A stretch of DNA of 64,000 nt, from positions 6,822,001 to 6,886,000 of the forward strand of contig NC_086101.1 of assembly GCF_963921235.1 (NCBI RefSeq). Reading direction: 5' to 3'. The translations under genes were made by a program, and so were the position numbers. The stretch comes from Mobula hypostoma. Its lineage: Eukaryota. The notes beneath the pieces are model-generated. The model had not been told where the DNA came from, did no database searches, and saw only the letters and a list, made by a program, of their open reading frames with translations. This document shows positions 35,101 through 46,470 of the stretch, piece after piece (position 1 is the stretch's first letter; the number at the start of each line of letters is the position of its first letter).

Positions 35101-37256
35101 TGTCTCTATCGCTGGTGACAGTTTATCCACAAATGTCCATTATAAACCAACGGACTCTCACAGCTACCTGAACTATACCTCATTCCACCCTGCTGCTTGT
35201 AAAACTGCCATCGCCATCCCCTTCTCTCAATTCCTCCGTCTCCTCCGATTCTGCTGTCAGGATGAGGCTTTTTGTTCCAGAACAAAAGACATGTCCTCCT
35301 TTTTCAAAGAAAGGGGCTTCTCTTCCTCCACCATCAAGCTACCCTCAACCGCATTGCTTCTATTTCATGCACATCTGCTCATACCCCATCCTCCGCCACC
35401 CTACTAGGGATAGGGTTCCTCTTGTCCTCATCTACCATCCCACCAGCCTCTACGTCCAGCAAATAATTCTCCGAAACTTCTGCCATCTCCAATGAGATCC
35501 CACCACCAAGCACATCTCTCCCTCCCGCCCCATGCAATTCCCTTGTCTGTTCGTCCCTCCCCACGGATCTCCCTCCTGGCACTGATGCTTGCAAGCATAA
35601 CAAGTGCTACATTTGCCTCTACACATTATCTCTCACTACCATCCAGGGCTCTAAACAGTCCTTCCAGCTGAGGTGGCAATTGACCTGTGAGTCTGCTGGG
35701 GTCATATACTGTGTCCGGTGCTCCTCGTGTGGCCTCCTGTATATCGGCGAGACCCAGCGTAGTTTGGGAGACCGCTTTGCCGAGCAGCTACGCTCCGTCC
35801 GCCAGAACAAGATCTCCCAGTGTCCACTTCCCATTCCCATTCCGATATGTCCTCCACTGTTGGGATAAGACTACACTTGGGTTGGAGGAACAACACCTTA
35901 TTTTCTATTTGGGGAGCCTCTAACCTAATGGCAAGAATATCATTCTTAAACTTCCGGTAATGCCCCCAAACCACCCCTCCCCCTTCTCCATTTCCCATTG
36001 CCTTTTCCCTCTCTCAGCTCATCTTGCCATTCAACTTCCCAGCTCATCACTTCATCCCTTCTCCTCCAGGTTTCACCTATCACCTGGTGGATCTCCCTCC
36101 CTCCCCACACCCACCTTTAAATCTACTCCTCAGCCGTTTCTCTCCAGTCCTGCCGAAGGGTTTCAGCCATGGATGCTGCCTGGACTGCTGGGTTCCTCCA
36201 GCATTTTGTATTTGTTGCTTGGACAGGTATGTGGTGGGAAAGGTTTAAAGGAGTAATGTCAAATATAGGCAAATGGAAATAGATCATTAAAATCAGTTGG
36301 TCACCACGAATGAATTCGGCCTTACCTCCATTTTAAATGCCTCCAGTGTTCGTTCACCTCATCCTCATCCAGCTGTTGCTCCACCCATTCCTCACATCTA
36401 TCTACTGTTAACCCCCGCCTTTCTTTCCATTTCAGAGGAAATATCTCGGCTTGAAACATCGTCTGTATACCTCCCTTAACGCATGCTGCTTGACCCGCTG
36501 AGATCCTCCAGAATTTTGAGTGTGTTGATCGGGAAAAATCCGCTCTCCATGTCGAGTAAATTCTCGGGCAGATGCTGGTTGTCCATCCGCTGTGGTTGGG
36601 CAAAACGTCAGCAAAGTTTTCTGTCGGCCGCCTGACTGTGCCTGAGGCCCAGCGGTTTCACTCCCCGTCCCGGGGCCGCGCTGCTCGAGTCTCGACTCTC
36701 TAATTCTCTGCTTCTCCCCCCAGTCTCTGTCACCCTGGATGTGGAAACGGCGAATCCGGAGCTCGAGGTGAATGAGGATCGGAAGAGTGTGAGACGGACC
36801 CGGTCCCGGAGGAATCTCCCTGACACTGGGAAGAGGTTCACATTCTCGGCTTGTGTGCTGGGATCGGAGGGGTTCACATCGGGGAGACATTACTGGGAGG
36901 TGGAGGTGACGGGGAGTCGGCGTTGGGGTCTGGGAGTCGCCACAGAGTCTGTGGAGAGGAAGGGAGAGTTCACACGGAGTCTGGAGACCGGATTCTGGAT
37001 CATCGGGCGGATTGATGATCTGATGTTGGTTCTTACTTCCCCTCGATCCCGTCTCTCTGCCGGTCCAATCCCCGGGAGGGTGGGAGTTTATCTCAGTTAC
37101 GAGTCCGGGACAGTTTCATTTTACAACGCAGAGACCAAGTCCCATCTCCACACCTTCACTGGGAATAAATTCACGGAGAAACTTTATCCTTTCTTCTGGA
37201 TTGCATATACAAACGAGTGGCTGAGAATCTGCTCCGGTTCCGCTCCGGGTCTGTAA
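28736..37256 (+). CDS. TRIM E3 ligase (RING-B-box-coiled coil-PRY/SPRY; TRIM27/39/A33-like), join(28736..29146,29225..29319,29738..29971,31310..31332,31429..31547,36724..37256); exon 2 is 1 nt short
   Basis: All introns GT-AG; exon sizes 411/95/234/23/119/533 follow the usual class IV TRIM layout (96 expected for exon 2); 471 aa if repaired. Confidence 0.9.
29225..29319 (+). CDS. TRIM exon 2 (coiled coil), 95 nt, frameshifted
   Basis: GRVQSSLDSLTK, then in a shifted frame KSDFEEMEQQQKEKISGVR; TTCCCAG| acceptor, CGG|GTGAGG donor. Confidence 0.85.
29390..29600 (+). mobile_element. V-SINE (HE1-like) fragment in TRIM intron 2
   Basis: GCTGTCTGCGTGGAGTTTGCATGTTCTCCCCGT V-domain motif preceded by a B-box-like GGATCGATCC. 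Confidence 0.7.
29738..29971 (+). CDS. TRIM exon 3 (coiled coil), 234 nt
   Basis: GQSHSLQSQITSHFAELRRVLTEKEQRALRDLREEEERIL...NITFLM; open frame; TTGACAG| and ATG|GTGAGA. Confidence 0.92.
30470..31205 (-). mobile_element. Non-coding interspersed element in TRIM intron 3 (paralogous copy 53665..54422)
   Basis: Minus strand starts GATGGCGCCTAA; aligns with the second copy over about 700 bp. Confidence 0.6.
31310..31332 (+). CDS. TRIM exon 4, 23 nt (EEARRKRR)
   Basis: TTATTTCAG| and AG|GTAGGA; characteristic 23-nt TRIM micro-exon. Confidence 0.88.
31429..31547 (+). CDS. TRIM exon 5, 119 nt
   Basis: ISDAAQILSVTDGALLAEKFYHPYLFDTAFGEAFDGIKR; phases 2 and 1 fit the neighbouring exons. Confidence 0.88.
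33003..33232. repeat. 61-bp tandem repeat, about 3.8 copies, within a V-SINE remnant
   Basis: CCCATGGT(C/G)AGGCTCGGATTAAATCAGGGG at 33003, 33064, 33125 and 33186. Confidence 0.9.
33690..34290 (-). mobile_element. CR1 3' fragment (paralogous copy ~60200..61120)
   Basis: Reverse-complement similarity to the CR1 3' ends in this window. Confidence 0.75.
34715..36225 (+). mobile_element. Penelope-like element fragment (RT + GIY-YIG endonuclease + 3' terminal region)
   Basis: LAELVLTLNNFSF, GPSYAYLFVGYME, GVIYCVRCSSCGLLYIGETQRSLGDRFAE, LIFYLGSL; disrupted. Confidence 0.9.
36724..37256 (+). CDS. TRIM exon 6: PRY-SPRY (B30.2) domain
   Basis: VTLDVETANP, CVLGSEGFTSGRHYWEVEV, RVGVYLSYESGTVSFYN, LYPFF; acceptor CTTCTCCCCCCAG|. 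Confidence 0.95.
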
Positions 37257-37321
37257 ACGGGTCGGGTCCCGGAACCGGTGTCAGGAGTAAGTCAGTGTAA
37301 ATATAAATGTGCGGAGAGTGA

Positions 37322-37327
37322 AATAAA
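37322..37327 (+). terminator. Candidate polyadenylation signal of the TRIM gene
   Basis: AATAAA 65 nt after the stop, conserved in the duplicate at 62929..62934. Confidence 0.55.
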
Positions 37328-37709
37328 CACGATTTGAGAATTATCGATCCATTAATTTTAACTCGTTCACCGCATCCGTCAACAGAACAGAAACACTGCA
37401 GATTCAGCAGCAGCCGCAGGCGGCGGGTCCTGAGCTCCCCGGCTCCCCCGGGTGCTAAAGTCCACCGGGACTGACAGGGTAACTGGGCAAGTGGTGGTGC
37501 TGAGTGGGAGAGGGAGGTCAGGTTGAATCTTGGGTAACACGGGACAGGTACTGTTGGTAACACACAAAGGGGAGAGAGGGGTGGAGGGGGATGGTGATGA
37601 AGGTTGGGGTGGGGTCGCTGGGTTAAACAGTCAAAATGTAATTGGCAACTGGTTGTATTGAATGTAATTTGTTGGTGTTGCAATAAATAATTAATAATAA
37701 CAATACACA

Positions 37710-38853
37710 TTGATGAAGGTAGAGCAGTGTATGCAGTATATATGAATTTCAGTAAGGCATTTAATGGTTCCCTAGGTAAGGCTCATTCAGAAAGTAAGAA
37801 GGCATGGGATCCAAGGAGGCCTTGCTTTGTGGATCCAGAATTGGCTGCCCACAGAAGCAAAGGGTGGTTGTAGCTGGATCATATTCAACATGGGGGTCAG
37901 TGACCAGTGATATTCCTCAGGGATTGTTTGATTTTTTATAAATTACCTGGATGAAGATGTCGAAGGATGTAAGATTGCTGATGACACAGAGTTGTCAGAT
38001 GTTACAGTCAGACATCGATAGGATGCAGAACTGGGCTGAGCAGTGGCAGTTGGAGTTCAACCCAGATAAGTATGAAGTGGTTCTTTTCGGTAGGTCAAAT
38101 TTGAAAACAGAATATAACAGAAGACAGACTGTCGGCAGTGTGGAGGATCAGAGTGATCATGGGGTCCGTGTCCATAGGACACTCAAAGCTGTTGCCCAGG
38201 TTGACAGTGTTGTTGAGAAGGCAAATGGTGTGTTGGCCTTCATCGACTGTGTGACTGAGTTCAAGAGCTGTGAGGTAATGTTACAGCTGTATAAGACCTT
38301 GGTCAGACTCCACTTAGAGTACTGTGTTCAGTTCTGGTCACCTCACTGCAGATGGATGTGGATACTATAGAGAGAGTGCATAGGGGATTTACAAGGATGT
38401 TGCCTGGATTGGGCAGCATGTCTTATGAGAATATCTTGAGTGAACTTGGCCTTTTCTCCTTGGAGCAACGGAGGATGAGAGGAGACCTGATAGAGGTGTA
38501 TAAGATGATGAGAGGCATTGATTATGTGGATAGCCAGAGGCTTATTTCCAGGGCTAATATGGCTAACATGAGGGAGCATCGTTTTAAGGTGCTTGGTAAT
38601 AGGTACAAGGGGGATGCCAAAGGTAAGTTTTGCACACAGAGTGATGGGTACGTGGAATGCCCTGCAAGCGATGGTGGTGGAAATGGATTCAATAGGGTCT
38701 CTTAACAGACTCAGATTGGTTCATGGAGCTTAGAAAAATGGAGGACTTTGTAGTAGGGAGGTTGTAGGCAGTTTCTAGAGTAGGTTACACGGTCTGCACG
38801 ACATTGCAGGCCGAAGGGCCTGAAATTTGCTGAAGTTCCACGTTCTATGTTCT
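37710..38853 (+). mobile_element. CR1 RT/3' fragment
   Basis: LVRLHLEYCVQFWSPH, LEQRRMRGDLIEVYKMM; GTTCTATGTTCTA tail. Confidence 0.88.
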
Positions 38854-41633
38854 AAAATGACTCTTTTGCTTGGTGTTGCTTTTGTGATAGACATTGGCTG
38901 GGATGTTGGGGATGGCTCCCTGTTGTCCTCGGTACCAGTACTCAAAGTACAGTAAAATTTATTTTTCAAATACCTATATGTACTACCTTGAGATTCATTT
39001 TCATGCCGGCATGTACAAGAAAGCAAAGAAAAAATAATAGAATTCAGGAAAACTACATAAACAAAGACTGACATCAAAGCAATGTGCAGAAGAAGACAAA
39101 TTGTTCAAATAAATAAAAATATACTGAGATATGTTATATTGGTGGACCGTGGTCTGGAGAAACGATGTTTTGTTTGCTTGTATATATGTACAGTCAGATG
39201 GCAATACACCAGACTTAAAGGGATATGACGAATTTCTCTGGCCTCCTGAGGAGGAAGAGGTACTGGTGCATTTTCTTGATCATACTCCCTGTGCCACCAA
39301 TAGTTTCCACTGATCTCACCCAGTTACTATTGTTTGCTCGATTTTGTATTTTCCTTTACAATCTCTCCGGATAGAAATCTGGTTTGAACGTATGAAAGCC
39401 AAATACCAGGAGCTGGTAGAGAGACAGGGGTGGAGGGAACGATGCGAGCCTATAGAGGTGGGTGCACACTATGCAGAACTTACTCTCTCCTTGAAATTAC
39501 GGGGGCTGTGAAGAAAAGAAAAGTGCTGACTGAGCCTCCAGATATGTACGGTTTAAGAGGCGTGAACCGTGGACCCATGATGCAAGGACACAAGCCAGGG
39601 CCTGACTGTCCTTGGCTGGGTCGCCGGAAAGACCCAAAACACCCGATGACCGGAGGTTACATTACTGATGACGTGCTCCAGAGCATTCTAGGATGTATCT
39701 CAGCATCAGGCAGCACAAGGGGGCGATGAGTGACAATTCTGCACATTGTTGTCACGATGGATTCGGCTCAGCCAGGATGAGACACTGCTGGGATGAGCAG
39801 TCTGGCTGCCTCGAGGGGCGGGGCGATGGGTCCACTGTGCACTCCCATCGCACTACTCTTCAGCCCTTTAACTCTTCCACCTGCCCAGCTTCATATTCAC
39901 CGCCTCCCCCAACCACATGCCCATCTCATTTTGTCTTACCTGTCACCTGCCAGTTTTTGCTCCTTCGCTGCCCTCCCCCTCCCCAAACCCACCATATTCT
40001 AGCTTCTTCCCTCTACCCCATTTTTGATGGAGTCTCGGTCCGAACGTTGACCGATTATTGATGCTGTCTTACCTGCTACTGCCCAGTAACTTACATCCAC
40101 TGTGATGAATTGCTTTGAGGGGTTGGTCAGCTCCTCCTTGAGGAGTGACTGTTGTCCAGTTTGCCCACTGTCGTAACAAATCCACAGCAGATGCCATTTC
40201 ATTGGCTCTTCACTCAGCCATGAAACATCTGACAGTGAAGATGCAGACGTCAGGATGATCTCCACTCAACACTACCAACCTCCCAAAACTAATCAATAAG
40301 CTCCAAGACCGAGGCCTTGATACCTCCCTGTGCAAATGGATCCTCGATTTCCTCACTTGCAGACCCTGGTCAATTCAGATTGGTAACAACATCTCCTTCA
40401 CAATCACCATCAGTAAGGGTGCACAACAATGCTCTGTGCTTATCCCCCTGCTCTGCTCACTTTACACTGATGACTCTGAGGCTCAGCACAGCTCCAATGA
40501 CATAGTAAGTTTGCTGACGGCACCACTATTGTTGACTGAATTAGAGCTGTTGACGAATTGGCATTTGGGAGGGAGACTGAAAATCTGGCAGCCTGGACTC
40601 TGCCAGTCGACAGCATTCCCTTACGTATGTCTTGCCTGTGCTGGGAGACCAAAGGGGTTTGTAGAGACCAAAGTTCTTCTCTCACTAAGTTGATGATCTT
40701 CCAGCAGCAGTTTCCATGCTGAATGACTCAATCACACTGAGACAACTTCTACCTTACAGTTCAGATTATCTTCAATACCCTTGTGGTCCTGATTGTGTGG
40801 TTGAAGTCTGTCAGGATCAACCAACAGCTTTGTCACCACGGGCTGTCCAGCAGGAGCAGGTCAATGGAGGTCCCACACTTTGGGTGTTAAGTCCCATTTT
40901 TCCGTATGCTTCAAGGAACCATGATGTCTTTGAAATGGATGTCCAAACGCCATGGCATCTGGCTCTTCACAACACAATGTTGTCTCCACATCCCTAGTTT
41001 CATGGTATTAGCTAATTGAATATTTGCTAAAAATATATATATATACATATATATTTCACCACAGTTTTACACCATAGTCTGGACCGGGGGAGAAGAGAAC
41101 AAGATGACGGAGGGACTCAGCTGGTCAGTCAGCATCTATGGAGCGAATTAAACATTCAATGGATCGGGCTGAGATCCTTCCAGGATAAGTTTAATTATCA
41201 TTCAAACTAATATGAACATCCACGAATACAGACAAACAAAACAGCGTTCCTCCAGGGCCAAAGTGAAAAACATACAGAGTAAACATACACAGTCATACAG
41301 AGCACACAGCACAGAAAGAAAGCATTCAACATATAGTCACATACAGACATGTGTATTGCCCAAGTCCCTGAATGACATGGCACACAGAAATAAAGCATTA
41401 AACATACAGTCACATACAGACACGTGTGTTGCCCAAGTCCCTGAATGACATGGTACCACTGAGACTAGTCAAAAACAATCCAACAGACCTAATAGAATCA
41501 ATAAAAGATCACATCCAAAAGGACGGAAAACAACCAATTTAAAAAAGACAATAAAGTGTGCAAATATAAACAGAAAACATTAACAATAATAATAACAATA
41601 AATAAAGAAACAATACACATTGACGTATACACA

Positions 41634-41967
41634 GTGACGTAGCGCGCCAAGGTTTAAAAAGAGGAATTTTCAACGGTTCTTGTTTCAATCGAAGCAAGCT
41701 GCTGAGAAGAAGGGAATGAAGAAATCGGGTGGAAAAAGTCTTTTTTAAACACTGCTCGGGGAGAAGAGTCTGGACTGCGCAGGCGCGTGACGTAGCGCCA
41801 AGGTTTAAAAGGAGGAATATTAAACTTTTCTTGTTTCAGTCGAAGCAAGCAGCTGAGAAGAAGGGATGAAGAAAGCGGGTAGAAGAAAAGTCTTTTTTTT
41901 AAACACTGCTTGGGGAGAAGGGTCTGCACTGCGCAGGCGCGTGACGTAGCGCGCCAAGGTTTAAAAA
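41634..41967 (+). promoter_or_regulatory. Tandem 153-154-bp monomers at the CR1 5' end (putative promoter)
   Basis: GTGACGTAGCGC(GC)CAAGGTTTAAAA at 41634, 41787 and 41941; TGCGCAGGCGC precedes the latter two. Confidence 0.65.
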
Positions 41968-42102
41968 CAAACCACTACATACAGCGGGCAGCGTTGTGAG
42001 CAGAGTGGGACGCCTTTGGCTCAACAGGCTTCGGCCGGAACAGGCCGAGGCCAGGGTAGGTTCCGGTAATCTTTTTTCTCCAAATTATTTAGAGTAGAAA
42101 GA

Positions 42103-43044
42103 ATGCCAGGCAGGGTGTTGGAATGCTCCTCCTGCGAGATGTGGGAAGTCAGGGAGCCCTCCGGTGTCCCTGACAATGACACCTGCAAGAAGTGCATCCA
42201 CCTGCAGCTCCTAACGAACAGCGTTAGGGAACTGGAGCAGGAGCTGGATGACCTCCGGATCATTCGGGAGAATGAGGAGATTATAGGTAGTAGCTACAGG
42301 GAGGTAGTTACGCCAAAGGAGCAGAGGACAGGAAATTGGGTCATTTTCAGGCGAGGGAAGAGGAAAGGGCAGGCAGAGCAGCGTTCCCCTGTGGCCATTC
42401 CCCTCAACAACAAGCATACCGCATTGGATACTGTTGCGGGGGTGGGGAGGATGACTTACCTGGGACAAGCTGCAGGAGTCATCTCTGGCACTGAGTTTGG
42501 TTCTGCAGTGCAGAAGGGAGGGTGGAGAAAGAGGAGAGCGGTAGTGATAGGGGACTCGATAGTTAGAGGTGTAGATAGGAAGTTCTGTGGTCGTGACAGA
42601 GAATGCAGGATAGTTTGTTGCCTCCCGGGTGCCGGAGTCAAGGATGTCTCTGATCGCTTGCATGACATTCTGAAGTGGGAGGGTGATCAGCCGGATGTCG
42701 TGGTGCACATCGGTACCAATGACATAGCAAGGAAGAGTGAGGAGGTCCTGGACAGTGAGTATAGAGAGCTTGGTAGGAAGTTGAAAAGCAGGACCTCAAG
42801 GGTGGTAATCTCAGGATTGCTACCTGTGCTAGGTGCTAGTGAGGGTAGGAATAGGATGCTGTGGAGGAGGGACAAGTGGCTGAGGAACTGGTGTAGGGGG
42901 CAGGGTTTCAGATTTCAGGATCATTGGGACCTCTTCTGGGGCAGGTGGGACCTGTACAAGAGAGACGGGTTACACGTGAACCACAGGGGGACCAATATCC
43001 TTTCAGGGATGTTTGTTAGTGCTACTGGGGAGGCTGTAAACTAG
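42103..43044 (+). CDS. CR1 ORF1p: zinc finger, coiled coil, SGNH esterase (313 aa)
   Basis: CSSCEMW...CKKC; VIGDS, LPGA, HIGTND, DGLH. Confidence 0.85.
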   Translation: MPGRVLECSSCEMWEVREPSGVPDNDTCKKCIHLQLLTNSVRELEQELDDLRIIRENEEIIGSSYREVVTPKEQRTGNWVIFRRGKRKGQAEQRSPVAIPLNNKHTALDTVAGVGRMTYLGQAAGVISGTEFGSAVQKGGWRKRRAVVIGDSIVRGVDRKFCGRDRECRIVCCLPGAGVKDVSDRLHDILKWEGDQPDVVVHIGTNDIARKSEEVLDSEYRELGRKLKSRTSRVVISGLLPVLGASEGRNRMLWRRDKWLRNWCRGQGFRFQDHWDLFWGRWDLYKRDGLHVNHRGTNILSGMFVSATGEAVN

Positions 43045-46000
43045 ATATGCAGGGGGATGGGAACCAGAGTGCCAGAGCTGACAGTGGGGCTGGGGTGAAA
43101 ATAAATGATGTTAAAAGTTCAAGCAAATCCGCTAATAGAAAGGTTGTGAGTGGTGGTAAAAATCTTCTGAGGTGTATATATTTGAATGCTAGGAGTATTG
43201 CGGGGAAGGTGGACGAGTTGAGGGCATAGATTGACACGTGGAATTATGACGTTATAGCAATTAGTGGAACTTGACTACAGGAGGGGCAGGACTGGCAGCT
43301 TAATATTCCAGGGTTCTGATGTTTCAGATGTGATAGAGGCAAAGGAATGAAAGGTGGGGGGTGGGGGGTTGGTAGCATTGCTTGTCACGGAAAATGTTAC
43401 AGCAGTGCTCAGGCAAGACAGATTAGAGGGCTTGTCTACTGAGTCCTTATGGGTAGAGCTGAGAAACAGAAAATGTATGGACACATTAGAGGGTTTGTAT
43501 TATAGACCACCCAATAGTCAGCGAGAAGTGGAAGAGCAAATCTGCAGAGAGATTGCAGGCAACTGCAGGAAACATAAAGTTGTGATGGTAGGGGATTTTA
43601 ATTTTCCACATATTCATTGGGACTCCCATACTGTTAGGGGTCTAGATGGTTTAGAGTTTGTAAAAGATGTTCAGGAAACTTTTCTAAATCAATATATTGA
43701 GGTACCAACTAGAGGGGATGCGATATTAGATCTCCTATTAGGAAACGAGTTAGGACAAGTGACGGAAGTGTGTGTAGGGGATCACATTGGTTCCGGTGAT
43801 CATAACACCATTAGTTTCAACTTGATCATGGATAAATATAGATCTGATCCTAGGGTTGAGGTTCTAAACTGGAAGAAACGACAAAGGATCTAAAAAGCTT
43901 GGATTGGGACAGGTTCTTCTCTGGCAAGGATGTGATCGGTAAGTGGGAAGCCTTCAAAGGAGAAATTTTGAGAGTGCATAGCTTGTATGTTCCTGACAGG
44001 ATTAAAGGCGAAGGAATATGAATAAGGAACCTTGGTTCTCAAAGGATATTGCAACCATGATAAAGGGGTAGAGAGAGTTATCTGACATTTATAGGAAACG
44101 GAGTAAATGAGGTGCTTGAGGAGTATAAAAAGTGCAAGAAAATACTTAAAAAGGAAATCAGGAGGGCTAAAAGAAGACATGAGGTTGCCTTGGCAGTCAA
44201 AGTGAAGGATAATCCAAAGAGTTTTTTACAGGTATATTAACAGTTAAAGGATTGTACTGGATAAAAATGGTCCTCTTGAAGATCAGTGTGGTCGGAAATG
44301 TGCGGAACCAAAAGAAATGGGGGAGATCTTAAATGTTTTTTTTTTCTTTTGTATCTGTATTTACTAAGGAAACTGCATGAAGTCTATGGAATTAAGGGAA
44401 ACAAGTAGTGAGATTATGGAAACTGTACAGATTGAAAAGGAGGAGGTGCTTGCTATCTTGAGGCAAATTAAAGTGGATAAATCCCCAGGACCTGACAGGG
44501 TATACCCTCGGACCTTGAAGGAAACTAGTGTTGAAATTGCAGGGGCCTGGCAGATATATTTAAAATGTCGGTGTCTACGGGTGAGGTGCCGGAGAATTGG
44601 AGAATTGCTCATGTTGTTCCGTTGTTTAGAAAAGGATCGAAAAATAATCCGGGAAATTATAGGCCGGTAAATTTGACGTCGGTAGTGGGTAAGTTATTGG
44701 AGGGAGTACTAAGAGGCAGAATCTACAAGCATTTGGATAGACAGGAACTTATTAGGGAGAGTCAACATCGCTTTGTGCGTGGTAGGTCATGTTTGACCAA
44801 TCTATTGGAGTTTTTCGAGGAGGTTACCAGGAAAGTGGATGAGGGGCGGGCAGTGGATATTGTCTACATGGATTTCAGTAAGGCCTTTGACAAGGTCCCG
44901 CATGGGAGGTTAGTTAGGAAAATTCATTTGCTCGGTATACATGTAAAAGTGGTAAATTGGATTAGACGTTGGCTCAATGGAAGAAGCCAAAGAGTGGTAG
45001 TAGAGGTTTGCTTCTCAGAGTGGAGGCCTGTAACTAGTGGTGAGCCACAGAGATGAGTGCTGGGTCCATTGTTGTTTGTCATCTATATCAATGATCTGGA
45101 TCATAATGTGCTAAATAGGATTAGCAAATTTGCTGATGATACAAAGATTGGAGGTGTAGTGAACAGTGAGGAAGGTTTTCAAAGCTTGCAGAGGGCTTTA
45201 GACCAGCTGGAAAAAACAGGCTGTAAAATGGCAGATGGAGTTTAATACAGACAAGTGTGAGGTATTGCACTTTGGAAGGACAAACCAAGGTAGAACATAA
45301 AGGGTAAATGGTAAGGCACTGAGGAGTGCAGTGGAACAGAGGGATCTGGGAATACAGATACAAAATTCCTAAAAGTGGCGTCACAGGTAGATAGGGTCGT
45401 AAAGAGAGCTTTTGGTACATTGGCCTTTATTAATCAAAGTATTGAGTATAAGAGCTAGAATGTTATGATGAGGTTGTATAAGGCATTGGTGAGGCCGAAT
45501 CTGGACTATCGTGTTCAGTTTTGGTCACCAAATTACAGAAAGGATATAAATAAGGTTGAAAGAGTGCAGAGAAGGTTTACAAGGATGTTGCCGGGACTTG
45601 TGAAACTCAGTTACAGATAAAGGTTGAATAGGTTAGGACTTTATTCCCTGGAGCGTAGTAGAATGAGGGGAGATTTGATAGAGGTATATAAAATTATGAT
45701 GGGTATAGATAGAATGAATGCAAGCAGGCTTTTTCCACTGAGGCAAGGGGAGAGAAAAAAAAACACAGGACGTGGGTTAAGTGTGAAGGGGGAAAAGTTT
45801 AAAGGGAACATTGGGGGGGGCTTCTTCAAACAGAGAGGGGTGGGAGTGTGGAATGAGTTTCCAGACGAGGTGGTAAATGCCGGTTCTTTTTTACCATTTA
45901 AGAATAAATTGGACAGATACATGGATGGGAGGTGTATGGAGGGATATGGTCCGCGTGCAGGTCAGTGGGAGTAGGCAGAGAATGGTTCGCCACAACCAAG

Positions 46001-46064
46001 AAGGGCCAAAAGGCCTGTTTCTGTGCTGTACTTTTTCTATGGTTTCTACATTGAGGACATGAGA

Positions 46065-46470
46065 TAAAAGTCATTGAAAGTGAGTCCATCGCTTGTGGGA
46101 ACAGTTCAGTGATGGGGTGAGTGAACTTGAGTGAAGTTATCCCCACTGGTTCAGTGTCTGGTGGTTGAAGGGTAATTCCTGTTCCTAAACCTGGTGATGT
46201 GGGTCCTGAGGCTCCAGGACTTTCTTCCTGATGGCAACGGTGAGAAGACCGAATGACCTGGATGGTTGGGGTCATTGATTATGGATGATTCTTTCCAGCG
46301 ATAGCGCTCCCTGGAGATGTGCTCAATAGTGGGGAGGGTTTTAGCCATAGTGGACTCCACCATAGCCACTACTTTTTGTCGGATTTTCTATTCAAGGCTG
46401 TTGGCGTTTCCATTCCAGTCCGCGATGCAACCAGACAATATACTCCATCACACATCTACAGAATCGATCC
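46065..46470 (-). mobile_element. Rex1/Babar-like LINE 3' fragment
   Basis: SIINDPNHPGHSVFSPLPSGRKSWSLRTHITRFRN. Confidence 0.8.

Larger units (their letters stand above)
41634..46035 (+). mobile_element. Near full-length CR1 LINE with tandem 5' monomers, open ORF1 and disrupted ORF2
   Basis: ORF1 42103..43044; ORF2 motifs YLNARS, GDFN, KSPGPD, NYRPV, DFSKAFDKV, FADD with many stops. Confidence 0.95.

Noticed and set aside
37570..37625. G-quadruplex-prone tract after the TRIM polyA signal
   Set aside because: Not conserved in the duplicate; common by chance
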